Below, piece after piece: positions 38,291 to 48,933 of a stretch of 64,000 nt of DNA. The stretch is from a virus: IMG/VR virus record IMGVR_UViG_3300035193_000030, positions 1 to 64,000 of that record; one strand, written 5' to 3'. The position numbers and the translations under genes are program-made. The notes under the pieces are model-generated. The model did no database searches, was not told the origin of the DNA, and saw only the letters and a list, made by a program, of their open reading frames with translations. The stretch's first letter is position 1; each line of letters begins with the position of its first letter.

Positions 38291-41200
38291 ATGGCATATG
38301 AACAGAAATATTATTTCGGATTTGATGATAGAGGGGGGAATACACATCAATTATATATCTACCAAGATGGGTATAGTGGTTCTGTGATAGATATAGATTA
38401 CGGTGCGGAAGAACCTATAGAAATAAATTCATTAGGTGGGGATAAAGATAATTGGGAAGAAACTGCAATTTTACCTCAAGAATTAATATTTAGATTTTAT
38501 GTTTCACAAGATGATTTGCCAGATTTTGAAGATATTTTTGATGCACAATTTCGTGAATACAAAGTTATTTATTACCTTTCTGGGAATGATGTACCTATTT
38601 ATGAAGGATTTTTAAAACCTGAAAATCTCACCAAAATATACGATACAAACCCTCCATTTGTTGAAATACAAATGCCATTTACGGACGGGTTATCTGATTT
38701 AAAGGGAATTGATTTTACAGATGATGATGATAGAATAATTGTAGGACAAACAACATTGTTACAAATATTAAAATATGCGTTGACAAAAACGGGGATAATA
38801 GGAGGGGCATTTTATGTTTCAATTCCATTTTATCCGGTTGGTGGTACATTATACCGTGTATTGGAACAAGTAACAATTGATGCAAGAAGATTTATACAGG
38901 ATAATGGGGTTCCTATGAAATGTTGGGATGTTATAGAGGCTGTATTACTTCCGTTAAGTGCTAAATTATATCATAAAGATGATGCTTATTATATAATAAG
39001 ATATACTCGTTTTGATTCGCAATCAATATATGCTTATTTATGGACAACATTAGCACTGTACAGTACTACAGGTATTGATTTTACAAAGGAACCTGCCTTG
39101 TTTGAAGCAGGAATTGAACATCAAAGGGTACAACCTTTGAAAGAGGTACAAACGATATTCAGAAATAAGGATTTTGGAGGGGACGTAACAGGCATTACTA
39201 TAATGAATACTGTTAATTGGGATGACACATGGGATGAATTTAATCAGAATGGGACTGCTTTTGAGTTAATAGATTACGATGCATGGAGTACTAACACAGA
39301 TTATATCCAATTAACAAGCGATTTCTCAGTTACAAAAACAACCGATAGTGATTATTTAAAAATAAATTTTGAACATAGGGGTAGATTAGTTAGGGATAGC
39401 GCAACCCCTACTCCTAATTATAATATTCCATTTCAGGTATTTGTTTATATAAGAAAAGATGCAGGGGCATGGCAATATGTAAGTATGGGGGTTGGGGATA
39501 ATCGTAGTATGTACTATCAGTCTCCTATAATTGATCTACTAAAGATAACAGAAGATGCAGATTATAATGTAAGAATACAATTTAGGCCATATGGGACTGC
39601 ATGGACATATGCTATATTCGATGTAAAGAATATAACTATTAACAAGATAATAAATACTACAAATCCTGATGAATCTCAGGTTGCTGTTCTCGATAAAGGA
39701 TATAGACAATTTAATTTGAATGGGGATGGATATATGGTTCTGGAGAGTGAAATTTTAATTGGTGACGGGAATTCAATAACTGAAATAGGGGCATTATTAA
39801 TTTCTGGTGGGGTGACTTCTAATTGGTATATTATTGCTCCTGCTGGGCCTACCGGAAAAAATGGTAAATTTTTGGATTTATATATGCAGTCTATTCTTGA
39901 TAATAGAATATCATTCAAAAATTATTTAAGATTAGGTATAATTGATAAAACGTTTGACCATTCAATTATAGATGTAATAAAGATTGGGACTAGATATTAT
40001 AATATCCTTTCATTTAAACGACTAACTAAACAATGTATTGTTAGATTAGAATTGATTGAAAGAGACCCTGAATTTAATAGGGAGTACCCCCCAGCAATTG
40101 AGTTTGTACTTGATACAATGAATGGGAAGTCTATAAATAATTATATAGTAAACCCCAATCCAATTTCTGATAAATATCTATATAATACAGGAGATACAGG
40201 AAATGGCAATTATAATTTTAGTAGCGGATTGCTTTACATAGATGATACAAATTCTCGTGTAGGAATAGGAACAGCTTCGCCTGGTGCATATAAATTAGAT
40301 GTTAATGGTACGGTTAGAATGAATAATACGGTAACATTAACAGGAATAGGGGTAGGTACAGATAACACAGTATTAGTATTAAATTCCAGTAGCCAAATTG
40401 TTACAGATGAGATTGATAGCAGAGTTTGGGGGTCTAGTTTAGTAGATTATACAGGGAGTACAGCTAATAGACTTGCTAAATTTTCAGATACAAATACAAT
40501 AACAAATTCTGTTATTTATGAGAATAGTGGGAATATTGGGGTGGGGGATTCTCCTTCTGTATTGTTTCACATACAAGGATCAACTCCTATATTGTACTTA
40601 ACAGATACGGATACAGGGGCAGATTGTTCAATTTCTGCAAGCTCAACAACAGGATCATTAACCATACAAGCTGATGTAAATAATGAGGTAGGGGATTCCT
40701 CATTAAATTTTGGGGTAGATAATACAGTATATCTTTCTATAACTTCAACAGGGTATTTTTATTTTCCACAAGGAATTCTCACTAGCACAGATAATACAGT
40801 GTTAATATTAAATTCTAGTGGGTTCTTAGCTACAGATGAAATAGATAGCAGGGTGTGGGGTTCTAGTTTGGTAGATGCTTCTGGAAGTTCTACAAATTAT
40901 GTACCTAAATTCAGTGATGCAAATACAATAACCAATTCACCAATACAAGTAAGTGTTGTAGATTATGTTGGGATAGGTGGAGCTCCTTCAAACAAATTAG
41001 ATGTATTTGGAACATTTGGGTGCAACAATACGGTAACATTTAGTGGTACCCCAGCTAGTACAGATAACACGGTATTATTGCTAAATTCAATAAATCAAGT
41101 TATTCAGGATGAAATAGACCCTAGAGTTTGGGGGAGTACACTGGTGGATGCTTCTTCTGGAACAGGAAACTATATACCTAAATTCAGTGATGCAAATACA

Positions 41201-42184
41201 ATTGTAAATTCCACAATGCAAGATGATGGTAGTAGGGTATATGTAGGTTTAAAAATGGGAGTGGGTGATCCTACACCAGATAGTAGATTAAATGTATACC
41301 ATAATACTACGGCTGAATATGCTTGTACTATTGATCAAGACCATGCTACGGGATATGGTTTACGAATAAATGTAGATGGTACTACAGCAATTCCAGCATT
41401 AATTGTATATGATAGTAGTTCAAATTCATTATTACGACTTAATCAGGATGGTAAATTAGGAATAGGAACAGCATATCCAGATCCCTCTGCAAAACTTCAT
41501 GTAATTGATAATACAACTGCTGTATATGCCTGTACTATTGATCAAGACCATGCTACGGGATATGGTTTACTTATTAATATAGATGGAACTACGGCAATAC
41601 CTGCATTGAAAATACAAGATGCAACACCTACTACTTTGTTTATAGTAGAACAAGGGGGAAATGTGGGGATAGGTGTTTTACCTTCATATAAATTAGATGT
41701 GGAAGGGGGGATTCGATGTACAAGTGAGGTAATAGATGGAGGAAGTTTATTTATAGATCATAATGGGGATTCCCCTTTAATGGTACATTTAACATCTGAT
41801 TCCTCTTATTTTGATTCTAATATATATACTTATCTAGTATCATATAGTACTAGTACAGCAGCTCCTACAAATATATTTACTTTTGCTGTTACTAATTATA
41901 GAGTATATCAATGTAAAGCTCGTATAATTGCAGGGGATTCTAGTGCCGGAGGGACTTATGCTAGTTATGAAATTGTATATACTTTTACAAATAGTACAGG
42001 GGAAGGAATTATACAAAGAGGGGCAACTGCATTAGCAACACATGAATCTTCTGCTAGTTTTAATGCTATATTTACATCATCTGGTAGTAATATTTATCTA
42101 CAAGTGACAGGTAGTGGATCATATACAATGTATTGGAATGCATTGGTAGAGATTATTGAAGGAGTATATACAGCCTCAGTATAA
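38291..42184 (+). CDS. Large tail tip / fibre protein
   Basis: 1297 aa; GNVGIG/KLDV fibre motifs and internal repeats. Confidence 0.8.
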   Translation: MAYEQKYYFGFDDRGGNTHQLYIYQDGYSGSVIDIDYGAEEPIEINSLGGDKDNWEETAILPQELIFRFYVSQDDLPDFEDIFDAQFREYKVIYYLSGNDVPIYEGFLKPENLTKIYDTNPPFVEIQMPFTDGLSDLKGIDFTDDDDRIIVGQTTLLQILKYALTKTGIIGGAFYVSIPFYPVGGTLYRVLEQVTIDARRFIQDNGVPMKCWDVIEAVLLPLSAKLYHKDDAYYIIRYTRFDSQSIYAYLWTTLALYSTTGIDFTKEPALFEAGIEHQRVQPLKEVQTIFRNKDFGGDVTGITIMNTVNWDDTWDEFNQNGTAFELIDYDAWSTNTDYIQLTSDFSVTKTTDSDYLKINFEHRGRLVRDSATPTPNYNIPFQVFVYIRKDAGAWQYVSMGVGDNRSMYYQSPIIDLLKITEDADYNVRIQFRPYGTAWTYAIFDVKNITINKIINTTNPDESQVAVLDKGYRQFNLNGDGYMVLESEILIGDGNSITEIGALLISGGVTSNWYIIAPAGPTGKNGKFLDLYMQSILDNRISFKNYLRLGIIDKTFDHSIIDVIKIGTRYYNILSFKRLTKQCIVRLELIERDPEFNREYPPAIEFVLDTMNGKSINNYIVNPNPISDKYLYNTGDTGNGNYNFSSGLLYIDDTNSRVGIGTASPGAYKLDVNGTVRMNNTVTLTGIGVGTDNTVLVLNSSSQIVTDEIDSRVWGSSLVDYTGSTANRLAKFSDTNTITNSVIYENSGNIGVGDSPSVLFHIQGSTPILYLTDTDTGADCSISASSTTGSLTIQADVNNEVGDSSLNFGVDNTVYLSITSTGYFYFPQGILTSTDNTVLILNSSGFLATDEIDSRVWGSSLVDASGSSTNYVPKFSDANTITNSPIQVSVVDYVGIGGAPSNKLDVFGTFGCNNTVTFSGTPASTDNTVLLLNSINQVIQDEIDPRVWGSTLVDASSGTGNYIPKFSDANTIVNSTMQDDGSRVYVGLKMGVGDPTPDSRLNVYHNTTAEYACTIDQDHATGYGLRINVDGTTAIPALIVYDSSSNSLLRLNQDGKLGIGTAYPDPSAKLHVIDNTTAVYACTIDQDHATGYGLLINIDGTTAIPALKIQDATPTTLFIVEQGGNVGIGVLPSYKLDVEGGIRCTSEVIDGGSLFIDHNGDSPLMVHLTSDSSYFDSNIYTYLVSYSTSTAAPTNIFTFAVTNYRVYQCKARIIAGDSSAGGTYASYEIVYTFTNSTGEGIIQRGATALATHESSASFNAIFTSSGSNIYLQVTGSGSYTMYWNALVEIIEGVYTASV
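40357..41610 (+). repeat. Intragenic repeats: 3x TDNTVL.LNS...DEID.RVWGS.LVD...KFSD.NTI.NS and 2x TTA.YACTIDQDHATGYGL.IN.DGTTAIPAL
   Basis: Read from the translation; DNA-level identity, e.g. tgtactattgatcaagaccatgctacgggatatggtttac twice. Confidence 0.85.
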
Positions 42185-42214
42185 TTTATTATTAATCAAA
42201 TAAAATTCAAAATT

Positions 42215-42502
42215 ATGAAATTAAAATTAGACACAGTACTATTTCTAGCAGATGATAGTACACACATTAAGAATGAACAAGGAAAGCCATTAACATTAAA
42301 AGATGTTTGTATTTCCAGTATATTAATGCCTACGCAAGAAGATGACGAAAAGAAAAAATTCGAAAAATGGGAAGTATTTAAAAAACTTAGAAACGAAGAT
42401 GACTTATCTATAGAGGATGTAGCATTAATAAAAAAATGTATAGGCAAATTTCAACCACAATTAATTATGGGACAGTGTTTTGAATTGTTAGAGAATTCGT
42501 AA
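42215..42502 (+). CDS. hypothetical (tail fibre-associated) protein
   Basis: Last plus-strand gene after the fibre. Confidence 0.6.
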   Translation: MKLKLDTVLFLADDSTHIKNEQGKPLTLKDVCISSILMPTQEDDEKKKFEKWEVFKKLRNEDDLSIEDVALIKKCIGKFQPQLIMGQCFELLENS

Positions 42503-42510
42503 GAAAGGAC

Positions 42511-43446
42511 TTATATATTTTTGGGATTAATAGGGGGTGTTTCATTTAGGCCCTCTATTTTTTTTATCTGTGAATAATTAATCAATATTTCCTTCTTAAA
42601 TTGACTATATGCAAAAACAATATTCAATGATGTACATGCTCGTATTCTTCCAGTTACAGAATTAGGAACATTCCCTTTTGCTGTTTTTACACTATATTCT
42701 ATTCTTATTAATTCCCCTATTCTTCTATGTACTGTTTGTTTATTATATAAAACATCATTACCTTTTCCCATAGTTCTAAATTTTATAAAATTAAATACTT
42801 CATTTTTCAATATTTGTCCATCTTTATTAATGTCAATAAATGGGTTTACATTGGCTGTTTTTTTACCCCCTATTTTACAAAAGTCTTCTTTGTTTAGTGC
42901 GGCAGGATAGAATATTGCAAGGTATAACTGCTCTTTTGATTTATATGTATTTCTTGGTTCAGGGGTATATATATTATTATATTTTATTTTAGAATTTAAT
43001 TTCTTATTTTTAAAAAACCTTAGATAAGCATATACTTTATTTAATTGTTCGTATTTTGTCATTTTACTAAGTTCATATGTAGATGTTCCTAACCAACGTG
43101 CTGTAAGAGGAATAAATTGGATAAGCCCAATTGCATTAGAATATGGATTAGGTAAATGATGATCATGCCTACATTCTATGAAGAAAATATCATATAACCA
43201 TTGTTCGGGAATAAATAACTTATCTGCTATTTCCTTTACTTTTAATTGTGTTCTTTCGTCATACCCCCATTCTAAACGTTGCTGTATCAGTAATACTGAA
43301 TTTTTCCATTCTTTTATTTCTGTGTCTGTTTCTATAATTGATTGTAATTTTGTATCAATTATAGGTAAATCTTTCCTTAAATCTGATGTTGTCAATTTTC
43401 CTAATATAAGGAAAGATACAATAATACTAATCTTTAATGTTTTCAT
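42511..43446 (-). CDS. Lytic transglycosylase-like protein with N-terminal anchor and extra C-terminal domain
   Basis: FIEC catalytic Glu, AIGLIQFIP.TA, LY.AIFYP, NP..D.NKDG. Confidence 0.7.
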   Translation of the reverse strand: MKTLKISIIVSFLILGKLTTSDLRKDLPIIDTKLQSIIETDTEIKEWKNSVLLIQQRLEWGYDERTQLKVKEIADKLFIPEQWLYDIFFIECRHDHHLPNPYSNAIGLIQFIPLTARWLGTSTYELSKMTKYEQLNKVYAYLRFFKNKKLNSKIKYNNIYTPEPRNTYKSKEQLYLAIFYPAALNKEDFCKIGGKKTANVNPFIDINKDGQILKNEVFNFIKFRTMGKGNDVLYNKQTVHRRIGELIRIEYSVKTAKGNVPNSVTGRIRACTSLNIVFAYSQFKKEILINYSQIKKIEGLNETPPINPKNI

Positions 43447-43450
43447 AGCA

Positions 43451-44083
43451 TTACGTTTTTAATTTATGCGATTGATCAGTTAATATCCTTGTTACTCCTT
43501 TTCTTATTTTTGTCTTAAATATCTTATCAGCATATTCAGTCAGTCTTTCTTCATGCGTAATAATGATAAATTGTATTTTTAATTTTTCACTAAGTTTCTT
43601 GATCATTTCTGATGCCTTTTCTTGCAGATCTTCACTTACAAATCTCATTGGTTCATCAAGTATAATAATATTTCTTGTACGAGGAATCTGCATATACCAT
43701 GATGCAATACGAAGTGCAAAAGAAGCTATATCTATAACCCCCCCTCCGCTACCTTCTAATGGGTCTAAAGTTTTCCCATCTTTTCTTACAAAAAATAAGT
43801 CACATTCTGTTTTGTTTCTTCTTTCTACAAATTCAACTTTCAATTCGTAAGGATTATCAAAAACGGCTTCCAATGCTAATGTGGTTATATTTCCTATTTG
43901 AAATTGTAATTGTTGTTGCGTTTTTAGTCCTACTTCTTTTATTATTTCTAATGCCTGTTCATGTTTATGGAAACTTATGCGTTTTTCACGTATTTCCTTA
44001 CGCAGAGTTTCAATATCCTTCTTAAGTTGTATTTGTTGTCCTTTCCGTTGTTCTAATATGTTTCTTAGTTGATATAATTTCAT
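43451..44083 (-). CDS. sbcC: SbcC/Rad50 C-terminal half
   Basis: SGGG signature, IILDEP Walker B, ITH H-loop; no Walker A. Confidence 0.8.
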   Translation of the reverse strand: MKLYQLRNILEQRKGQQIQLKKDIETLRKEIREKRISFHKHEQALEIIKEVGLKTQQQLQFQIGNITTLALEAVFDNPYELKVEFVERRNKTECDLFFVRKDGKTLDPLEGSGGGVIDIASFALRIASWYMQIPRTRNIIILDEPMRFVSEDLQEKASEMIKKLSEKLKIQFIIITHEERLTEYADKIFKTKIRKGVTRILTDQSHKLKT

Positions 44084-44538
44084 TTCAAATCTTTTAATAT
44101 TTTCCTTATCCTAAATAATCTCGCTTTAACAGTTCCTATTGGGCTTCGTGTCATTTCTGCAATTTCCTTATACTTGAACCCTTTCATAAAAAGTAATATT
44201 GTTTTTTTATGAAGGTAATCTAATCTTTTTAATTCTGTAATAAAATCTTTTTCTAAAAATGAATACAATGCTTTATTTAAAGCAGGTTTTTTTTCCGGTA
44301 ATGTTACACTTTGCCTAACTATCTTTTTTCGGTAATTATTAATATATAGGTTTTTTAATATTATGTATAACCATGATTTTAAATTTGAATTAGAATCTCC
44401 TTGGAACATATGTTTTTTTCTTAAAGCTCTTATTATAGTATCTTGTACTAAATCATTTGCTTTTTGTTTATCTTTAGTAAAAGACATAGCATAACCAAAT
44501 AGGTTATTGTAATATTTTAACACATCTTTTTCTATCAT
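44080..44538 (-). CDS. ECF sigma-70 factor
   Basis: DLVQDT...LKSWLYII.KN.YIN; YKEIAE....IGTVKARLFR. Confidence 0.9.
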   Translation of the reverse strand: MIEKDVLKYYNNLFGYAMSFTKDKQKANDLVQDTIIRALRKKHMFQGDSNSNLKSWLYIILKNLYINNYRKKIVRQSVTLPEKKPALNKALYSFLEKDFITELKRLDYLHKKTILLFMKGFKYKEIAEMTRSPIGTVKARLFRIRKILKDLK

Positions 44539-44775
44539 TTATTCTAAATTATATTTTCCTTTTAACCCGTTAATTGCTTCTTGTATTTTGAAAATATATT
44601 TTTCTTTCCTCTTTGATAAATTTTGTAATTTGTTTATTGCCTGTTCTAATGAATCACAATCAAACTCTTTTTTTAATTGCTTCATCAATGCAGTTTGTTC
44701 CCCTGTCAACTCTGATACTTTTATTTTTGCTTGTTCAGTATCTTTTTTTAATTGTAATAATTGTTGTTCTGTCAT
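44539..44775 (-). CDS. Small coiled-coil protein (possible SbcCD-associated piece)
   Basis: Heptad pattern; lies between SbcD and the SbcC C-terminal half. Confidence 0.6.
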   Translation of the reverse strand: MTEQQLLQLKKDTEQAKIKVSELTGEQTALMKQLKKEFDCDSLEQAINKLQNLSKRKEKYIFKIQEAINGLKGKYNLE

Positions 44776-45632
44776 AATTCAATTGCTTTATAAATTATAT
44801 TCATTACTGAATTTCTTATATTATTTATGTTTTCAAACTCTTTCAAGTTTTCTTCAAAACTCAAAGTTGTAATATAATCATTATCAAGACTTGATACAAA
44901 ATTTTCAATTCTACTATCCTTTTTCTTTTCAATTTCCAAATGTTCTCTACTAATTACATTCTTTTCTATTGGGATATAAATCTGTTCAATCATATTATTA
45001 CTTGCATCCCAAAGAAAAACACAAGGTTTATGTTCCATTTGGAGGGCTTTCTGGCGTGTCAATGAACCGGGATTTACTAATATTCTTCCTTTATATTCTT
45101 CTATAAATGTCTCATGGTTATCGCCTGTGACAATTAAATCGAATTGAGAGTATTTTTTTAACAATCGTCTTGCGGTAAGACTTGTGCATCCTGGATAAGG
45201 CAATACATTCTTATAAGTCATTGTATGCCATAATAAAATATTATCATCTTCATTTTCAAATGGAATCATATTCCAACTTAAGAATTGAATTCCCAGAGGC
45301 GGTATTCTATTTAATACCCCTGCTTTTTCTAATGTATAAATTCCACTTTTATCCCTTAATTCAAAATTATGTTGAGGTAAATCGTGGTTTCCATATACTG
45401 TATAGAATTTATTCGGTAGAAAATTGATTGTCTTTGATAATAATGAAGGACTAGGCTTCCAATGGTCAAATAGATCCCCTGCATGTAAAACAGGGCAATC
45501 ATACCGTTTCTGTAATTTTTTGATATAATTTACTTTTGCCCATTGATTTGCTTCAAAGTCATCTATTCTACAAATAGGTGAATCTTCTCGTAAATGCCAA
45601 TCGGCTGTTAATATAACTGATATTGTTCCCAT
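44772..45632 (-). CDS. sbcD: SbcD/Mre11 metallophosphoesterase nuclease
   Basis: ADWH, AGDLFD, GNHD, GDNH, NPGS. Confidence 0.88.
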   Translation of the reverse strand: MGTISVILTADWHLREDSPICRIDDFEANQWAKVNYIKKLQKRYDCPVLHAGDLFDHWKPSPSLLSKTINFLPNKFYTVYGNHDLPQHNFELRDKSGIYTLEKAGVLNRIPPLGIQFLSWNMIPFENEDDNILLWHTMTYKNVLPYPGCTSLTARRLLKKYSQFDLIVTGDNHETFIEEYKGRILVNPGSLTRQKALQMEHKPCVFLWDASNNMIEQIYIPIEKNVISREHLEIEKKKDSRIENFVSSLDNDYITTLSFEENLKEFENINNIRNSVMNIIYKAIEL

Positions 45633-45633
45633 A

Positions 45634-46686
45634 TCATTTTTTTAAGTTTGTATTACAAAGGGGGCATATATCGGGCATTTCTGCATCAAATTTTTCTTTT
45701 AATTTATTATACCTCACAATATGAAATTCAAGTTCTGATATATTTTGTTCAATTAAACCTATTTTTTCTTTCAACGTATTAATTTCCTTTTCTATTTGTT
45801 TTTTTTCTTCAATTAATTGTAATATCTTATTTACTTCCTTTTCTGCATTTAATAGGTGTTCATAATTTTCAATTTCTTTCTTATTTTGTTCTATTGGTGT
45901 AATATAAAGTCCTATAGTATCTATAATTGAATCTAATTCATTTCTTTTTCCAATCAATAATAATATATAATCTATTTCATCAGACATCTTTGTTTTTTCT
46001 TGGTATTGTAAAAGCTTTTCATTAATTTTCTCAATTTGATTTGTAATTCCCATTAATTTAACTAATGCAATTTCAATCTTGTTTTTTTCATTTTCCATCC
46101 CTTCTAAAACGTCCACATCAACTTCAAATTTTTCAAGATAATCATATTCTTTTAATTGCTCTTGTTTTATTTCCAATTGTTCTTTTTTGTATCTCAATTC
46201 TCTATTAATGTCATTTCCCCAACTTTTCACATTTTTTATAGCTTTCCCTATATTATCAATCCTTGCTATTTTATTAAAATGAGAGGCGACCTCTCCCGGT
46301 GTATTGGAAATTAGAAAAGGTTTATCAAATTGTTGTTGTAAATTTATTTCATTCATATTCAGAAAATCATTAATCTCTTTCGGAACTTCTGTTTTTGTTG
46401 CTTCAAACAACATTTTCGTACCAATGTCCAATTCATACCCATTAAATTCCTTTCCTCTTTTTCTTGATACTTTCCCATTATTAAAATTAATAGTTACATT
46501 GGAATCACCTCCCCAATCCGATCTAAAAGATACATGCAACCGATTATATAATAAAGAACGCAAAGATCGAATGATAGCGGATTTACCGCTATCAGACGTA
46601 CCTTGTATAATATTTACCCCTTCAGTTAATTCTAACTTAGAGTATTTATGGCTTTGGAAATTTTTTATTTCAATGCTTTCTATCAT
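45634..46686 (-). CDS. sbcC: SbcC/Rad50 N-terminal half ending at the zinc hook
   Basis: IKNFQSH, G.SDSGKS Walker A, Q-loop, coiled coil, terminal CPLC. Confidence 0.85.
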   Translation of the reverse strand: MIESIEIKNFQSHKYSKLELTEGVNIIQGTSDSGKSAIIRSLRSLLYNRLHVSFRSDWGGDSNVTINFNNGKVSRKRGKEFNGYELDIGTKMLFEATKTEVPKEINDFLNMNEINLQQQFDKPFLISNTPGEVASHFNKIARIDNIGKAIKNVKSWGNDINRELRYKKEQLEIKQEQLKEYDYLEKFEVDVDVLEGMENEKNKIEIALVKLMGITNQIEKINEKLLQYQEKTKMSDEIDYILLLIGKRNELDSIIDTIGLYITPIEQNKKEIENYEHLLNAEKEVNKILQLIEEKKQIEKEINTLKEKIGLIEQNISELEFHIVRYNKLKEKFDAEMPDICPLCNTNLKK

Positions 46687-46689
46687 CTT

Positions 46690-47151
46690 TTATCTTAACA
46701 ATTTATATCTTCTATTATATATTCTTTGCTTTGTCGTGAAATCATAACCAATTCCAAACATAAAATCCCAATTCAATAAATCCGTTGAAAAAATAAACCA
46801 TGTTCTTTTAACAATTCTCAATGATGCAATAATATCCATATCTAATTTATACAATTTTAAATTTTCAATTTGATCTTCATTCCCCCAACGGTGATTATAC
46901 GCCATACCTAATGAAACATACCCCCTTTGCTTTTCTTGAACTATTCTTCTTCCTATCCCAATTTTAAACTTATAAAATGAATCATCTTGGACATATCTTT
47001 TTCCCATTGATGAATAAGCACACCATCCGGTGTAAGGACTTGAATACAATCCACATATCTGCTTAAAGTAGATATCACTTCCCAAATAAGCTTGACTTTT
47101 TCCAATTGCACATAGTAGTGCAAAAATTAATACTACTATTAATTTTTTCAT
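46690..47151 (-). CDS. Exported, outer-membrane beta-barrel-like protein
   Basis: Signal peptide MKKLIVVLIFALLCAIGKS-Q, alternating beta strands, FGIGYDF. Confidence 0.5.
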   Translation of the reverse strand: MKKLIVVLIFALLCAIGKSQAYLGSDIYFKQICGLYSSPYTGWCAYSSMGKRYVQDDSFYKFKIGIGRRIVQEKQRGYVSLGMAYNHRWGNEDQIENLKLYKLDMDIIASLRIVKRTWFIFSTDLLNWDFMFGIGYDFTTKQRIYNRRYKLLR

Positions 47152-47678
47152 TTTTTTAAAAATTTTAATGTTGGTGATTGTTTACTGGCAATAAAATGAA
47201 TAGCTAAAGCATCGGCAATAGCCTCATTGTGATACTTGAATTTACTCCATTGTATCTTATATAATGTGTCTATTCTTTCAATCATTTCTTGTTTTGTGGC
47301 TGAACGTTTTCCTAAAACAAGTTTTTTAGAATCACCTTCACTATACCATTCTATCCCTATACCTAATGTATCTGAGATTGTTTGTATTATTCCCGTTACA
47401 ACTCCAATCATCACAGCAGCATCAGCATTTTGACTTCCATGGGGGAGTTCTGCTAGTATATACCTAACATCATATCTTTTTATTACTTCTAATAATTCTT
47501 TATTAATTTCACTTATTCTTCTAACTGTACTATCCCCTTTTCTAATCCTATTTTTTTTAAGATCAGGTTTTGTCTGAATACAATTATGAATAATAATTCT
47601 TCCTCTATTCGAAAGAACTACATATCCCCATTCCGTCATACTTGGATCGTTTGTTAATATATTAAATGTATCTATCAT
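47148..47678 (-). CDS. ruvC: RuvC-like Holliday junction resolvase
   Basis: NDPS..WG, AE, K..V.G..SATKQEM, ADALAI. Confidence 0.8.
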   Translation of the reverse strand: MIDTFNILTNDPSMTEWGYVVLSNRGRIIIHNCIQTKPDLKKNRIRKGDSTVRRISEINKELLEVIKRYDVRYILAELPHGSQNADAAVMIGVVTGIIQTISDTLGIGIEWYSEGDSKKLVLGKRSATKQEMIERIDTLYKIQWSKFKYHNEAIADALAIHFIASKQSPTLKFLKK

Positions 47679-47847
47679 TCTTAATTTCTATATTTCTTAC
47701 CTCGTCCAAATTAATCATATGTATTATTTCATTTTTATTATTGTAAAGTTGAAGTATCCGTATTTTATTTATTATCACCCAATTATCAAAAATATAATCA
47801 TCATATCTAAATGAAGGTTCCTTTTTATAATAAACTCTGAACACCAT
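47662..47847 (-). CDS. hypothetical protein
   Basis: 61-aa ORF in operon. Confidence 0.45.
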   Translation of the reverse strand: MVFRVYYKKEPSFRYDDYIFDNWVIINKIRILQLYNNKNEIIHMINLDEVRNIEIKNDRYI

Positions 47848-47868
47848 TTTCTTTTATTTTTAAATATT

Positions 47869-48933
47869 TTATATTTTACTTTTTCTCAGTGATCTAAATT
47901 TATTTTCAATTTCTTCCCACAAATCAATGACCTGTTCTTTTAATTTATATTCTAAATTATCTGCCTCAACCATACTGATAGCTTCATCCATTGAATTAGA
48001 CAATTTTTGGTTTCCTACACAATATACAGTATTATAGGTATGTGTTTTAATAAATTGTAAATTTGTACGAACATCATCTATACCATAATCAAATAATATT
48101 GTAAGGTCAGCTGTACGATAAGGTTTCCAAATACTGTTTTTAAAAACCTCGATTTGTGTGTTTACTCCAATTGTACGGGTTACGTCTTTCCTTGCAATCT
48201 TACGCTTTTCTTTTATTTTTTCCGGTTTTGATGTACGCAATCGTAAAGAAGAATAAAAACCAATTGATTCCCCCCCTGGGGAAATATATTTCTGACCATA
48301 AAGTCCAGCATCCATATTTACACGAATTTGGTTACTACAAACTATCAAATAGTTTTTTTGTGACAAGATACGACAAGTCTTACGTAATTCTTCACTAAAT
48401 TCCTTCGCCCTTTTCATTCCCATCTTGTCTCCTTCATTTTTTTCCATTTCCATATCTGTACTTAAGGCAGCTAATGAATCTGCAAAAACACCATGTATTA
48501 TATTTTTCTTATTGTTTTCAGGAATCCATTCTCGAACCTCCTTAAATACTTCCGTAACTGTATTTGGAATAGCATAATTCTTTTCTTTTATTTCTAATCC
48601 AAACATTTTTGCAAACTGCTTATTCAGACGTGCTTCTGGATCTTTAAACATGACCTCACCACCTTGTCTTTGCACATTTCCAGCAATTTCGCTCAGCAAT
48701 ACTGTTTTGCCACTACTGGCAGGCCCAAAAATCTCTACTAATACACCACCAGGCAATCCCCCTCCTCGTATCCTTCCTCCTGATATTGCTAAATCTAATA
48801 ATGTTGACCCTGTACTTATAATAGTTCCAAAATTGCCATCATATTCTTTTACTTCTTTCATTTCTTTTTTTGAAAGCTTCTCTTTCATTTGATCTGACAA
48901 TTTTTTTGGTTTATTCCCTCGTATCACTTCCAT
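47869..48933 (-). CDS. recA: RecA/UvsX-like recombinase
   Basis: ISTGS..LD.A, GPASSGKT, DPE, DSLAAL, NQIR, PGG...FYSSLR. Confidence 0.92.
   Translation of the reverse strand: MEVIRGNKPKKLSDQMKEKLSKKEMKEVKEYDGNFGTIISTGSTLLDLAISGGRIRGGGLPGGVLVEIFGPASSGKTVLLSEIAGNVQRQGGEVMFKDPEARLNKQFAKMFGLEIKEKNYAIPNTVTEVFKEVREWIPENNKKNIIHGVFADSLAALSTDMEMEKNEGDKMGMKRAKEFSEELRKTCRILSQKNYLIVCSNQIRVNMDAGLYGQKYISPGGESIGFYSSLRLRTSKPEKIKEKRKIARKDVTRTIGVNTQIEVFKNSIWKPYRTADLTILFDYGIDDVRTNLQFIKTHTYNTVYCVGNQKLSNSMDEAISMVEADNLEYKLKEQVIDLWEEIENKFRSLRKSKI

Noticed and set aside
41300-41610. Tail-fibre repeat pair as DGR TR/VR
   Set aside because: Both copies are in frame within one gene, differences are not adenine-restricted, and there is no RT.
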